Of a stretch of 64,000 nucleotides of DNA, positions 1 through 11,908 are shown piece after piece. The stretch comes from Bugula neritina (lineage: Eukaryota > Animalia > Bryozoa), in NCBI GenBank assembly GCA_964035545.1, contig OZ037769.1, forward strand, positions 3,701,929 through 3,765,928, given 5' to 3'. The notes under the pieces were generated by a model. The model saw only the letters and a list, made by a program, of their open reading frames with translations. It was not told where the DNA came from and did not search any database. The translations under genes were made by a program, and so were the position numbers. Positions within the stretch are counted from its first letter, which is position 1; every line of letters begins with the position of its first letter.

Positions 1-250
1 ACTTGGCAGTAAAAAAGGAGTGTAAATTTCAGTGGATTTTAAGCCAGTTACAATTCAGAAGTTTAAATTTTGCTTAGTAATATATTAGTGATGAAATAAC
101 ATGGGCTTCTTGTATAGGTGAATGGTGAGTAAAAGCTAGCCTTAGTATTAATTGCTGAGCAAACTTTAGATTACAGTCACATGTTATGCTTCAAGAAAAA
201 ATTCATTATAATATATTTTAAAAATTTACTTATAATGTTTTTTTTCAAAG

Positions 251-420
251 ATTACTTATACGCCGGTCTACAAGATGGATATCGCTGTTATTGTGGGAAA
301 TCCTATGGTTCATACGGAGAGGTGAATCAGTACAGGTGCAGTTCTGTCTGCTCTGCTGATGGCATGGAATGTGGTGGATTTTACGCCAACTCTGTTTACA
401 GAACTAACTATTATGGCTAA
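251..420 (+). CDS. g0: terminal exon (second half of a WSC domain) of a paralog starting upstream of the window
   Basis: AG acceptor at 249-250, then phase-1 exon DYLYAGLQDGYRCYCGKSYGSYGEVNQYRCSSVCSADGMECGGFYANSVYRTNYYG-TAA. Shows the WSC pattern AGL-x4-CxCG...C-x3-C...CGG and is homologous to exon 5 of g2-g5. Confidence 0.8.
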
Positions 421-2182
421 AGACTTTATAGTACTAACTCTTTTCTACTCTGAGTGTTTTAAACTAATAACTTGAAGTATTTGTTTTTATTTCAACAAAT
501 AGTTTTAATTTAAGTTATGCAAAATGATAATTGATCTGCTTTTCCCACTGTTATGGGATTGCTATAAATTACAATCCAACTTCAGTTGTTATATTTTTAT
601 ATTTTCTTGTTTATAATTTGTGATAGATAATTATATTATTAGAAATATTTCGTTCGAACGGCATTTATCCAAAAGGTAGTATATAGCCTTATATAACTGT
701 AATAAACTTTTTAAAACTAAGCTGAAAGTTTCTTGCTTATCAAATAAAAGTTTGCAAATTTATGAAAACAGTCAATTCAATAAGGTTTTTCAAGACCACA
801 CTCTGTATAAACTATAACACACGCATACTGGATAACAACCTCTACTTTATGTTAAAATAAAGATGCTAATCACCGTCAACTATAGTGAAAAATAACAGTA
901 AAAGGCAGATCACAATTGCACTTATACTGAAATTATTATTTTACACTCTATATATAATACTGCCAACAAATCATGCATTATAGATATGTATATAAATACT
1001 GTACTTTACAAAGTTGTCAAAACTAATAAAAACTCTCCGAAAGTCTCACTAAATGTATTATAAGAATTCTTGAGATTCCAATTTAGTTCCTTGCGTCTGT
1101 ATATAATTTGATTCTGTAAATGTCAGCTGAGTATCAAATTGTACAGCTTGTTGAGATAAAATCGATTGTTTGTAAGCTTCTTTAAATAGATTCATTAGAT
1201 ATTCTACACTAAACCTGAACTTGTAATATTATTCGTTTTCTTTCATGAATTGCAGCTTTTGTATTAAATCGATGTATGAAATGCTTTGTGTTTTGAGCTG
1301 TTCAATAACTATATAACCTCAGCTCATGTAACTGTATTCTTATTACAAGGCGTGGTTTATATTGTTTTCCAGTTATAATTTGGCAGCTCAAAACGCTAAA
1401 AGCACTAAATTGTTTAGAGTTAAGTAGGTGGGAACATTATTTACTCGTTTAGTTACAGCACAGCAAACCTATAAGTACTAAATTTTTGAAAAGAGCGGAA
1501 TAAACTAACAAGTCATTATCAAAAAAAGGTGGGTTTATTTCACACTTTAGTAAGATTATAGTCTGTGTTATAAGCTTCAGTGAATTATTTGATAGCATTA
1601 TATATAATGTTTAGACTTTAGAGTATAAAAACAGGTTCTTAATTATACATGTTTTGTCTATCTGAATATTGACAAGGATAATCTAGTACCATATATGCAA
1701 TTGTGTACACATTGGTTGCTTTCAGTGCATATTATTTACATTTACATTTACATTTATATGTTAGTTTTATGTGCTTTGGTTTAGAATGTTTAGTGGATAG
1801 GGATTGTTTTAAAAACTGCAAATAAGTGTTAGAAGAAGGGAATTTCTAAAACTGCAAATGCTGGATTCTTATTTGCACCAGAACCTAAATTGAACAATAC
1901 TTTATAAAACATGACAGCATAATAGATTACAATAAGATGCATACATAATATAGGCCTACTTTGAAAGTTCGGGGTTGGAACCATCTTCAAAATTTCAAAA
2001 GCAGGGTTTGCTTTGGTAAAAACAAGTTTTGAAAAACCAAAAGCAACTAAACGTAAACTGCAATTGAAGTACATAGTAGCAGTTTACTGAAATAATATTT
2101 GCATATAATTTACTAAAACTTTTACTGAAAATGAAAAATATTCGTATACGTTATATAAGTCCCACAAAGGTCTGAATGAGAA

Positions 2183-4104
2183 ATGGAAAATCAAAGAAAT
2201 AAACGTGCTCAGGGTTCAGGAGAGACAAAGCTTGGTCAACCTGCACAATGTTCATCTCTGTATGAACTGCAACAATCTTCAGGGAACCAACAACATTTTG
2301 CAGATCAACAAAGATATACCCTTCCACCTGGCTATACCCCTCAAACACAGCCTCCACCTGGATCTGTTCAACAAGGATATTCTGCACAACCACTTGCTTA
2401 TGGTTATACCACTGGCCAGCAGGTGATTGTTCAGGCACCACCGCCTCTGCCAGTCGTAAGTTTATTTATATTATCCAGTGAATGCATACTTACTCAATTT
2501 TTGTTTCTATTTTTCGGTTTTTGTTTTTATATAATGATATCCTTGAGCTAACCAAATATAAATATAATCATTTAAAAATAACAAAAGAAAACTAATAATT
2601 ATGAATAGCAGTCTTACTATAAAATCTAATTGATAAACAATCCTAATATATGAATGTCTTGTAGAACGTGAAGAGTGTTTGATGCATAGGCTGTTCTATA
2701 TATACAGTTCCAATTTAGGAAAAGCTCAGGTTATAGTTGCTATCACTATGAGAATCCCGTCTTTTATTCAACTTCTGCACAAAAGCAATTATGACTAAAC
2801 GCTCTTTTTTACTCAACCACTGACCTCTTGTTTATACTAAGACAGTGCTCAAACCACTAAACTATGGCTGTTTAACGCAGTTGCATTTAGAAGTTACAAT
2901 AATAATAAATCTCAATACAAAATAATAGTCACCATCACTTCTCTGCAGGCTCTTATAATTAAAGAATTGTTCATATTTAGTTCAAAGATAGATTGGATAA
3001 GGTACACATTAATATTGAAATCTAAATTGAAGAAATTGCTTATCTGCAGGTAACAGAAACAAGCTCACAACTTTGGCTGGTTGTTGGAATTCTGACGGCC
3101 ATATTTCTTTGTCTGCCACTGGGAGTTGCTGGTGCTGTCCTGGCAAGTGTATCTGGTAAAGAGGCTCGACGGGGAAATCTTCTTGCCTACAACAGGAAAC
3201 TCTATCATTCTAAAGTTTTCACACTCATAGGGCTAGGAATTGGGTTGGCGATATATGTTATAGTTATTCTAATTAGAGTTTTGGTAGGTAGCTGTTTGCA
3301 TATTTTTTCCCCATATAAGGAAAGTTTGTTTAACTTTTACATATATAACTTTAAGAATCAACCTAACATTTATTACTTTGAATACAGAGAGAAATACAAA
3401 CATCTATATTGATATATCTTTATAACTTCTTTAGAAAGTGGATTTATTATTACTTAGAAGACCTGAAAGTTTTGGAGTTCAGATCAGTACAGTTGGCTTA
3501 CAAAATAGTGATATGTGAAAACGTGTGTCTAAATTTGTAGTTGAATGGCATCATTGTATAAAAAAACATTGTACTATAATTTTTTATACATAAGTTTTTA
3601 ATTACTCAAATATTGTATGACATTTATCTTTAAGTTTGATTACGAAAGTTTGGAAAATTTCAAATACTTCAAATTGCAGCATTTAAATTTAAAACTACTT
3701 TTTTAATTTATAGTTTTATAATGTACTGAGAATGAAAAAAAAATTGTAATAAAATATATAAACACAATAAATTTAGCAAAATAATTAGAGGAACTTCTTT
3801 TGCTGAATAATACAATTTGATTGAATTGAAATAAGTTTATATAGCTGAAAATAGGACATATTGCCTACAGTTGCTTTGTTCAAATGTTGTAGAAACTTCC
3901 ATGGCTGCATCTATACTACTGGTAGTGGCTATGAGTTTTACGGAAGCTCTAATTATTGATTATCATATGGATCGAGTTAGAGCAGTACAAATAAAGTTTT
4001 TTTGCTCTGCGGATGAAATGGAATGGGGACAATTTCAAACCAACTCTATTTTTACAGAGCAAACTACATTGGCTAAAAGTTTTATAATACTAACACTATT
4101 TTAA
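2183..4104 (+). CDS. g1: Pro/Gln-rich + CD225/dispanin protein; WSC region deleted or degenerate (possibly a pseudogene)
   Basis: Exon 1 2183-2455 (GTAAGT donor). Exon 2 3050-3283 encodes VTETSSQLWLVVGILTAIFLCLPLGVAGAVLASVSGKEARRGNLLAYNRKLYHSKVFTLIGLGIGLAIYVIVILIRVL. Uncertain last exon from the CAG acceptor at 3870 runs into a WSC remnant (CSADEMEWGQFQTNS) and stops at 4104. Confidence 0.65.
2750..2870 (-). mobile_element. Degenerate partial copy of the Meta-like tRNA-SINE in g1 intron 1
   Basis: gcaattatgactaaacgctc...ccactgacctcttg resembles 6143-6190. Boundaries approximate. Confidence 0.45.
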
Positions 4105-6050
4105 TTTCAGTGTTTTCAATTAATTTGCAGTGTTTTATTTTATTTAACCAATTAACTTTAATTTTAGTTATGCAAAATGGTAATTGATTCATTCTCACAC
4201 TGTTATGAGATTGCTGTATAAATTCAACTGTTCTTGTTTACTATTTTGTTTTGATCATTTATGATAGATGAATTTATTAGAAATATTTCTTTCAACAGTA
4301 TTTATCTCAAAATATAGTAGTCTTATATATATGAAATTCTAATCATTTTTAGAACCAAGCTGATAACTTCTGGTTTGCAAAATTTTCAAATTTATCAAAA
4401 CAGTTAATTTAACAAGGTTTTTCAAGACCACACTTTGTATGTATAAACTGTAACACACGCAAGTGACGGGCTATAATACTGGGTGAAGAGCTCTAATATA
4501 GATACTAATCACCACCATCTAAAGTGACAAATAACAATGAAAAATTGCCGAAATTGCACTTTTTACCAATTAAGATGAATATTATACACTCTGTTATAGT
4601 ACTGTCAATAGATGCATATATAAGTACAAAGTTGCCAAGCTAGTACAAACTCTCCGAAAGTTTCACTATTTAATACATATTATAGGAATTCTTATTTTAG
4701 AGTTTCAAATTTAGTTCCTTAATGTGCCTGTATAATTTGATTCTGTAACTGTCAGCAGAGTATTAAATTGTATAGTTTGTTGAGATAAGATCAATCGTTT
4801 GCAAGCATGTTTGAATAGATGAATTCAATACCCATATACTAACAGTGAATTTGTAATATTATTCGTGTTTCAAGTATGTGCATAACAGTGTACAAAATGC
4901 TTTGTGTTTTGAATTGTTTAATAATCGTATGATCATAACTCATATAGCAGTAGTCTTATTACAGAGCATAGTCTATATTGCTTTTCCGTCATGGATGGAA
5001 GCGCTAAATTATTGTAGAGTTATATATGGAGAAATTTATTTACTCGCTTAGTTACAGCACATAAACTCTCCAGTTTTTTGAAAAGAGTAGAATAAACTAA
5101 CAACTCAAGTATCTAACTTTATATTATCAAAGCAAAGTGAGTTCATATGTCAAACTTTAGTAACATCTGCATGAGATACTCTGTAAATAAACTTCAGTGA
5201 ATTACTTGATACATTTTCTCAGCACTATATAATGTTTAGGGGATAGAAATTGGTTCCTTTATGTTTTGTCTTTTCCAATATTGACAAGGATAACTTTTAT
5301 TAACATGCAAGTGTGTCAACAATGGCTGCTGTCAATTGGTATAGGTACTATATTTAAATACAATATTTTTACCTGATTTGGTGTGGAATGTTAAGTGCGT
5401 GGATAACATAATTATTTTAGCAACTGAAAATAAGTGTTAGAAAAAGACAATTCCTGAACTTTTACATGTCAAATTTTATCTTTATACCATCAGAGGACTA
5501 TAGATCAATATGGAATGTTATAACTAGCAGTTTATGTTAGTAAATATTATTATGTATCCACTATAAAGTGTTCTTTAGCACTAGAGTAGGCTTGGAGACT
5601 TCACTTCACTATTCACTATTATATTGATCTTTATATCGATTGTAGTTCACAAAGACATATCCAATTGGATTTTCAATAGTTTATGAACAAAAATAATGAG
5701 TATATCATGGTAGCTTAGCAACTATTCTTCTAGTATATTCTGACCTAAATTTGAAAGTTGACCTACTTTATAGAAATGATAAATAGATTTTGTGCTGATG
5801 CTTTGATTTATTAAAAATATAGGTATAACTGAATTTTTAGTTACATGTTATAATGTCAATTTATAGAAGTATGTAATATATTATTATATTTAGGGATGTA
5901 TGTATAAGTGTATGCAAATTGTACCAGTAGGGTATGGGGTTTCTGCTTCAAAAAACTTAAACTAAGATAATAGAAATTGTAAACAAGGTTATGTATATAT
6001 ACTTGCTTTATATACAAACTGTATCCTAAAAACATATCTTATAGCTAAAT

Positions 6051-6234
6051 GACTTTAGCAAGTTTTACTCCTGTGAGAAACCCATGGAGGGAAGGGTTTT
6101 TTGTTAAATCGAGCTAAGGACTTATTCAGATGGGGCACAGGAGCAATTATGACTGGATGCTCTTTCTAGCATCACCAATGACCTTTGTCAGCTCGAACCC
6201 ACGACATCTGGTTTACTAGACCACAGCTGCTCCC
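6051..6234 (-). mobile_element. tRNA-derived SINE with Meta-like central domain
   Basis: Minus strand has a B-box (GGTTCGAGC) followed by TGGTGATGCTAGAAAGAGCATCCAGTC, similar to the MetaSINE core as I recall it. Dispersed copies occur elsewhere in the window. Confidence 0.65.
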
Positions 6235-7052
6235 ATCTAACTAAATTTGCACATTTTATTGAAAACAGCTATTAAACTGCTTTAAAAACTGTTTCATTAT
6301 TTCATAAACAGAAGGCAATTCAACACTTAGAATTATTTTGTCAGTAAAATAAGCATAGGATTTATAATTCTAGTTTAATGTCACTTCTCCTATAGCTCTT
6401 CAGTTTGTAAGCTGTACTGACTCAAGCACAATAAGTGATAGTTAAATAGCTTTTGCCGAAAAATGTCCTATTATATACCTACGTGTAGGCTATAATAATA
6501 CATGCAAAGGGAAGTGCACGTGCATATTCTTTTGTTAGTATTATGCTGAGATTCAAAGTCAGTCAAAAAGATCAATAATTTTTTCTAAGCTTCTAGGAAT
6601 ATGTTTTTGAGATACAAACAATGAATGTGAATACAATGTTATTCAATTTGGTATAGCATTGTGAAGAATGCTTTGTATGTGTTAGGTTGTTCAATCATTG
6701 CTCAGGTAGGAGAAGTTTTACTAGCGATTAGTTTGTATTGCCTTTCAGTAGATGACAAAGCAGTTTACAAAATATATTATTAAAGAACACGGTCACTATC
6801 TCATATAGTTAAGACTTTGATTACTTGTTTGGTTTGCGATGAGTTAACATTTGTCACAGGATTGTAAACATTTGTCAACTGGCCAACTTCAACTGTCTAT
6901 TGTGGCAAACCCGGTGCGCTTTTAGCAAATATATTAGATTATATCTAATATATTAGATTATAGCCAATATATAAGGTTAGTTGATTTAATATTTTCTCAC
7001 TGCTGAGAAGTTTATCATATATAGCTGTTGTGTTTACTCGCAGTGGTCCCTG

Positions 7053-7282
7053 TGTTGTGTTTAGTCTTACAATGCCACACCAGAGGTTGGAAAAATAGGA
7101 CCGCGGCTAAGCGGATATGACTCCCAGCGGGGCAGAAGATAGAAATTTGAAAGTTAGTCAAGTTGAGTAGGTTTTGGCTGGCCAGCCCTAGTAATACTTT
7201 TAAATTCTTGTTATACTAATGTTAACGTATTTTGTCATTGATTGCAACGTCCACATCGTCATAAGAAGGTAAGAATACAACA
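7053..7282 (+). repeat. 5' LTR, copy 1
   Basis: Direct repeat of 11557-11786 (13 mismatches by manual count); TG...CA ends. Confidence 0.93.
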
Positions 7283-7540
7283 TGGTGGCAGCGCGTGTTG
7301 GCTTCAGCTGCAGATTGAGTTTGATTATATGATTCACTGATTGTGAGCCATCAATTCGTTGACGGCTTTTCCCTACTCTTCCAGTGATTTGCATTGTTTG
7401 TTTAATATTTGCTGTTGTTCTGCCTGAAGTCTTGTGTTTATTCGGTTATGTTGAACCTGCAGCTCTTTTGATGACTACAGTTTAATTTTGTGCTGGTGTT
7501 CTTTTGTTGTTTGTGAATTTGTCCGTTGTTTGATAAGGTC

Positions 7541-10500
7541 ATGGATGGTCTCAGACAGCCATCTGGGATGTGTTTTGAGGGCAATGTGTCGGAGAACTAG
7601 AAACGGTTCTGCAGAAATTTTGAAAATTATTTGATGGCCATTAATGTAGTTCTAACTTCCAAAGCGAGTCCCACAGACCCTGAACCTGCCGGCAATGCAG
7701 CCATATCCCGGAGGCAAATAGCAATGTTTTTGCATATTGCTGGCGACGAGACCAACGAAATTTTCTCACAGTTGAAGGCCCCAGCTGGGAAAAGTAAAAT
7801 AGTATTAAGTGATGTACTGGATATGTTTGATACATATTGTAATCCAAGAAAAAATGAGCTCTATGAGTGGTTTGTGTTCTGGTCAATGTCGCAGACCGAA
7901 AGTGAGCCTATAGATGTATATTTGAAGCGACTCAAGTCACAGGCATCGCGATGTGATTTTCCAAAGGGTGTGAAGTCAAAGATGTTGCTATGTCGAATCG
8001 TTTTTGGTTTGACATCTGTAAAGCTGAAAGAAAGATTACTTCGTGACAACACGATGGCAATAGAAAAAGCAGTAGAGGATATTCAGGCTACAGAGATGAC
8101 CGAAGCACAGCTGAGTCTGATTGCTGATGGGATAAGTCTTCTTTAGTGATGAGACAGGTTGCCAATGTTGTCAACAAACTCATTCACAAGGGTGGACTTA
8201 CCACTGACAAGAAGATAAATTGCAGATTCTGTTTGTATGAACATGTCTACGGCAACCTTGTTTATCGGAATTGTAGAGGCAGTCGAGGCTAAGAAGTCGT
8301 GGTTTGTAGATGTCAAGTTGAAGAGCAATGAAAAAAATTATTTCAAAGTTGACACAGGAGCCGAAACAAATACTGTAACTGAAGGCATGGCCAATAAACT
8401 GGGTGTGGAAATAAAACCATCTGAGGTCTGGCTCCTGGGGTCCAACAGGTCTAGCATACAAACTTCAGGCTATGTAACACTGCCTGTAATTTTTTTCTAT
8501 TCGGATATGAGTTATAATTTGAGATTTGAGGTAGTTCCCAATAATCTAGCACCGATTTTAGGTTTAGAGGCATGTGAGTTACTAAAAACTGTGCAAAGAG
8601 TTAATGAGATCACTCCGGCAGACATCCTGGCCGAGTATCCTGATGTTTTTGAAAAGATTGGGTGCTTGGATGGTGAACATAATAATATATAGATAGACGC
8701 GTCTATAAAACCAGTGATTTACCCGCCAAGGCGTGTACCCCATAGCATGATGGATCGTGTTAAGAGTGAACTTGAGCAAATGGAGTCTGTCGGCATTATT
8801 AGGAAAGTAGATCAACCAACCATGTGGGTAAATAGTATGGTTTGTGTCAAAAAAGAGACAGTTCTGTGCGCATTTGTCTGAATCCAAAAGACTTAAATCG
8901 TGCAGTTCGACGTGAATATCATAAAATTCCCACTTTGGAGGATATTGCATTCAGGTTTAATGGCATGAAGCACTTTACTATTCTGGATATGAAGCATGGC
9001 TATTGGCATATCCGCCTATTCCCTGAAAGTAGTCTTCTCACCACGTTAAACATGCCATTTGGCAGATATTGCTATACAAGACTACCGTTTGGCCTTCACT
9101 CATCTGCCGAAGTGTTCGAAAAACGTGTCGAACAGATTTTGGTGATCTAGCGGTCTCCATATACTTTGATGACCTCATTGTGGCCGGTCGCACGCAGGCG
9201 GAACATGACAATAACCTCCACAAAGTATTGCAGAGAGCCCAGGAGTGCAATGTGCGTTTTAACAAAGAAAAAATTCAAGTCAATCGTCAAGAATTTAACT
9301 ACCTTGGGCATGTTGTGTCCGTAGATGGTCTAAAGCCCGACCAAACAAAGTGTCAGCTATTGCAGACAGAAATGGTGTGCAACGGCTGTTGGGCACAGTC
9401 AACTTTCTTCGGAACTACATTCTGAATATGTCCACAATTACTGAGCCTCTCAGATGCCTTTTGATGAAGGATGTGGATTGGTTCTGGGGTCCAGAACAGC
9501 AATCAGCTATAGCCAATATCAGAAGTGTTCTCATGAATGACAGTGTTTTAAAGTACTTTGATGTAACCAAGCCGGTAAATCTCCAAGTAGATGCCTCTAA
9601 GTCTGGGCTTGGTGCTGTGCTACTACAGCAGGGTAGGCCTGTAGCCTATGGCTCTCGGGCCCTGACCAGTGCTGAGATCAATTATCCCCAAATTGATAAA
9701 GAGTTATTAGCTATGGTCTTTGGCTGTGAGTACTTCCATAGCTATGTTTATGGTCGTCCTATAGCACTACAGACTGATCACAGTCCCTTGTTATCTATAA
9801 TGAAGAAACCTTTACATAATGCATCTCTACGGCTACAACGACTGTTCCTGAGATTACAACGTTATAAATTAGCCCGAGTCACCTATGTCCCAGGGAAATA
9901 TTTCTATCTTGCCGACACTCTGTCTAGAGCCTATAGCATTAAGACTCCGTCGACCCAAGCTGACCTGGAGGATGAAGTAGTGATGGTTTACTTGCTGGAG
10001 GTTGCAAGTGAGATGAGTGACTGGTTGAGTGCGGCATAGTCAGATGACACAACAATGTCGGATCTCAAGCAGGCGTGCCAAGAGGGTTGGGACTGGTACT
10101 CCATCGTAGTCATGCACCTGCCAACCTACAACCCTATTGGTTGGTGAGAGATGAACTATATGAAGCTGGTAGTTTGCTTTTCGTAGGTGAGTGCCTAGTT
10201 GTTCTGGTTGGTGCACGAAAAAAAATGTTGAACAGGATTCACCAGGGACATTTGGGAATACAGAAGTGGAAAGAGCAAGCCCATAGGTCTGTTTATTGGC
10301 CGGGACTGAATCAGGACATCTATTCAAAAGTTAGCGTGTGCAGTGAGTGTGCTATGTTTGCAAACAGGCAGTCAAAAGAGCCACTTATGCCTCATGACAC
10401 GCCCACCTTGCCGTGGTACACTGTAGCCATGAATATAATGCAGTTTCGCGGTCAGGACTACTTGTTAGTAGTTGACTGCATGTCACACTTTCCTGAACTA

Positions 10501-11229
10501 CGTTTATTAGGTGTAAAAACTGCAGAACATGTTGTCATGACCCTGAAATCCATGTTTTCAATTCATGGCGCGCCCAAATCCATTATGGTGGACAATATGC
10601 CCTTTACAAGTCATGTGATGAAACAGTTTGGTAAGGATTGATGTTTTGATATTGTTACCTCCAGCCCACACCATCATCAATCAAATGGTCTTGTTGAACG
10701 GTATGTTCAGACTGTGAAGCAGTTTTTGAAGAAGTGTGAACAGTCTCAGGTTGATGTGTATCACTCTCTACTAGTTTACAGAGAGACACCACTGAGTGGT
10801 TGTCTATATAGTCCAGCAGAAATGCTTTTCAGCAAGAATTTAAGAACTGGACTCTCGACGACTACAGCATTTCTGACTCCAAATATTATGAATTCAACTG
10901 GTGCTCTCAAAGCAAGACAAAAGACAGCTAAAGGATATTACAATCAGCAGACAAAAGAACTATCCAACATACCTCTAGGCTTCGAAGTATTCATGAGAGC
11001 TGGTCCAGAAAAGATCTGGACACCTGGATGTGTGGTTGGACACCATGGTGCACTGAGGTCATACCTCGTTGATAACGGGTCTCGAATCCTAAGGAGAAAT
11101 CGAGTCCATTTGAAGCCCAATAATACCATTGTTTGTCCTAGTTCCGAGCTGGACTCTTCTAGCCCTTGGACACTGAAGAGCTATCAAACCCAATCTTCCA
11201 ACACCAGTTGTGTCGGACCAGGAGGTTAA
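7541..11229 (+). pseudogene. gag-pol pseudogene of gypsy copy 1
   Basis: gag from ATG 7541 with TAG at 7598 (GNVSEN*KRF). Protease FKVDTGAE; RT YFDD; RNase H VDASKSGLGAVL...ELLA...TDH; integrase HQGH...CSEC with first catalytic Asp apparently replaced (VAMN). Several frameshifts and stops (10037, 10639). Confidence 0.93.
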
Positions 11230-11556
11230 AGCAGTTACCCCAACTCGCAGTATTGTCCCCCTATCGGTAGGCGAAGTGTTAGGTCCAGTAGAGGGGTGCT
11301 TCCATCAAGATTTAAAGATTTTAATATGAACTAGGAGGCTTTGTTACTCCTTACTTTGTACATAGTTCGTTTTTACTACACTTCAGTCAGTTAGCTTATA
11401 TTTTCCTGTCTTCTTTGGAGATTCTACATATATGATGTTATTTTTATTTTTTTATTTTCTTTCTATGTTCATCTTCACTGTTACTGTCATATTATTGGTG
11501 AAGGATGTTACGCTTATTTTACACGTGGTATCATAGTTCTTTGTTGAGAGGGAGGA

Positions 11557-11786
11557 TGTTGTGTTTAGTTTTACAATGCCACACTGGAGGTCAGAAAAAT
11601 AGGACCGCGGCTAAGCGTATATGACCCCCAGCGGGGCAGAAGATAGAAATTCGAAAGTTAGTCAAGTTGAGTAGGTTTCGGCTGGACAGCCCTAGTAATA
11701 CTTTTAAATTCTTGTTATACTAATGTTAACATATTTTGTCATTGATTGCAACGTCTGCATCGTCATAAGAAGGTAAGAATACAACA
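11557..11786 (+). repeat. 3' LTR, copy 1
   Basis: Follows the PPT and matches the 5' LTR; ends 122 bp before the g2 ATG. Confidence 0.93.
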
Positions 11787-11908
11787 GGTTAGCACACCTG
11801 CTTGCAAGCCTGAGGTCTTTGAATCTAATCCTGGTAAGGAAAATTGTTCTGCATTGTCAAAAACACTGATGAAGTATTTGCATATTTCGTAGTTACTCCG
11901 GTGGCACA

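Larger units (their letters stand above)
7053..11786 (+). mobile_element. Ty3/gypsy LTR retrotransposon (Mag-like), decayed, copy 1
   Basis: 230-bp LTRs TGTTG...CAACA at 7053-7282 and 11557-11786. PBS TGGTGGCAGCG at 7283 (tRNA-Leu-like). PPT GAGAGGGAGGA ends at 11556. Domain order gag-PR-RT-RH-IN. Confidence 0.95.

Noticed and set aside
11000-11556. env or chromodomain ORF after the integrase
   Set aside because: No recognisable ORF or motif; only an AT-rich 3' UTR before the PPT.
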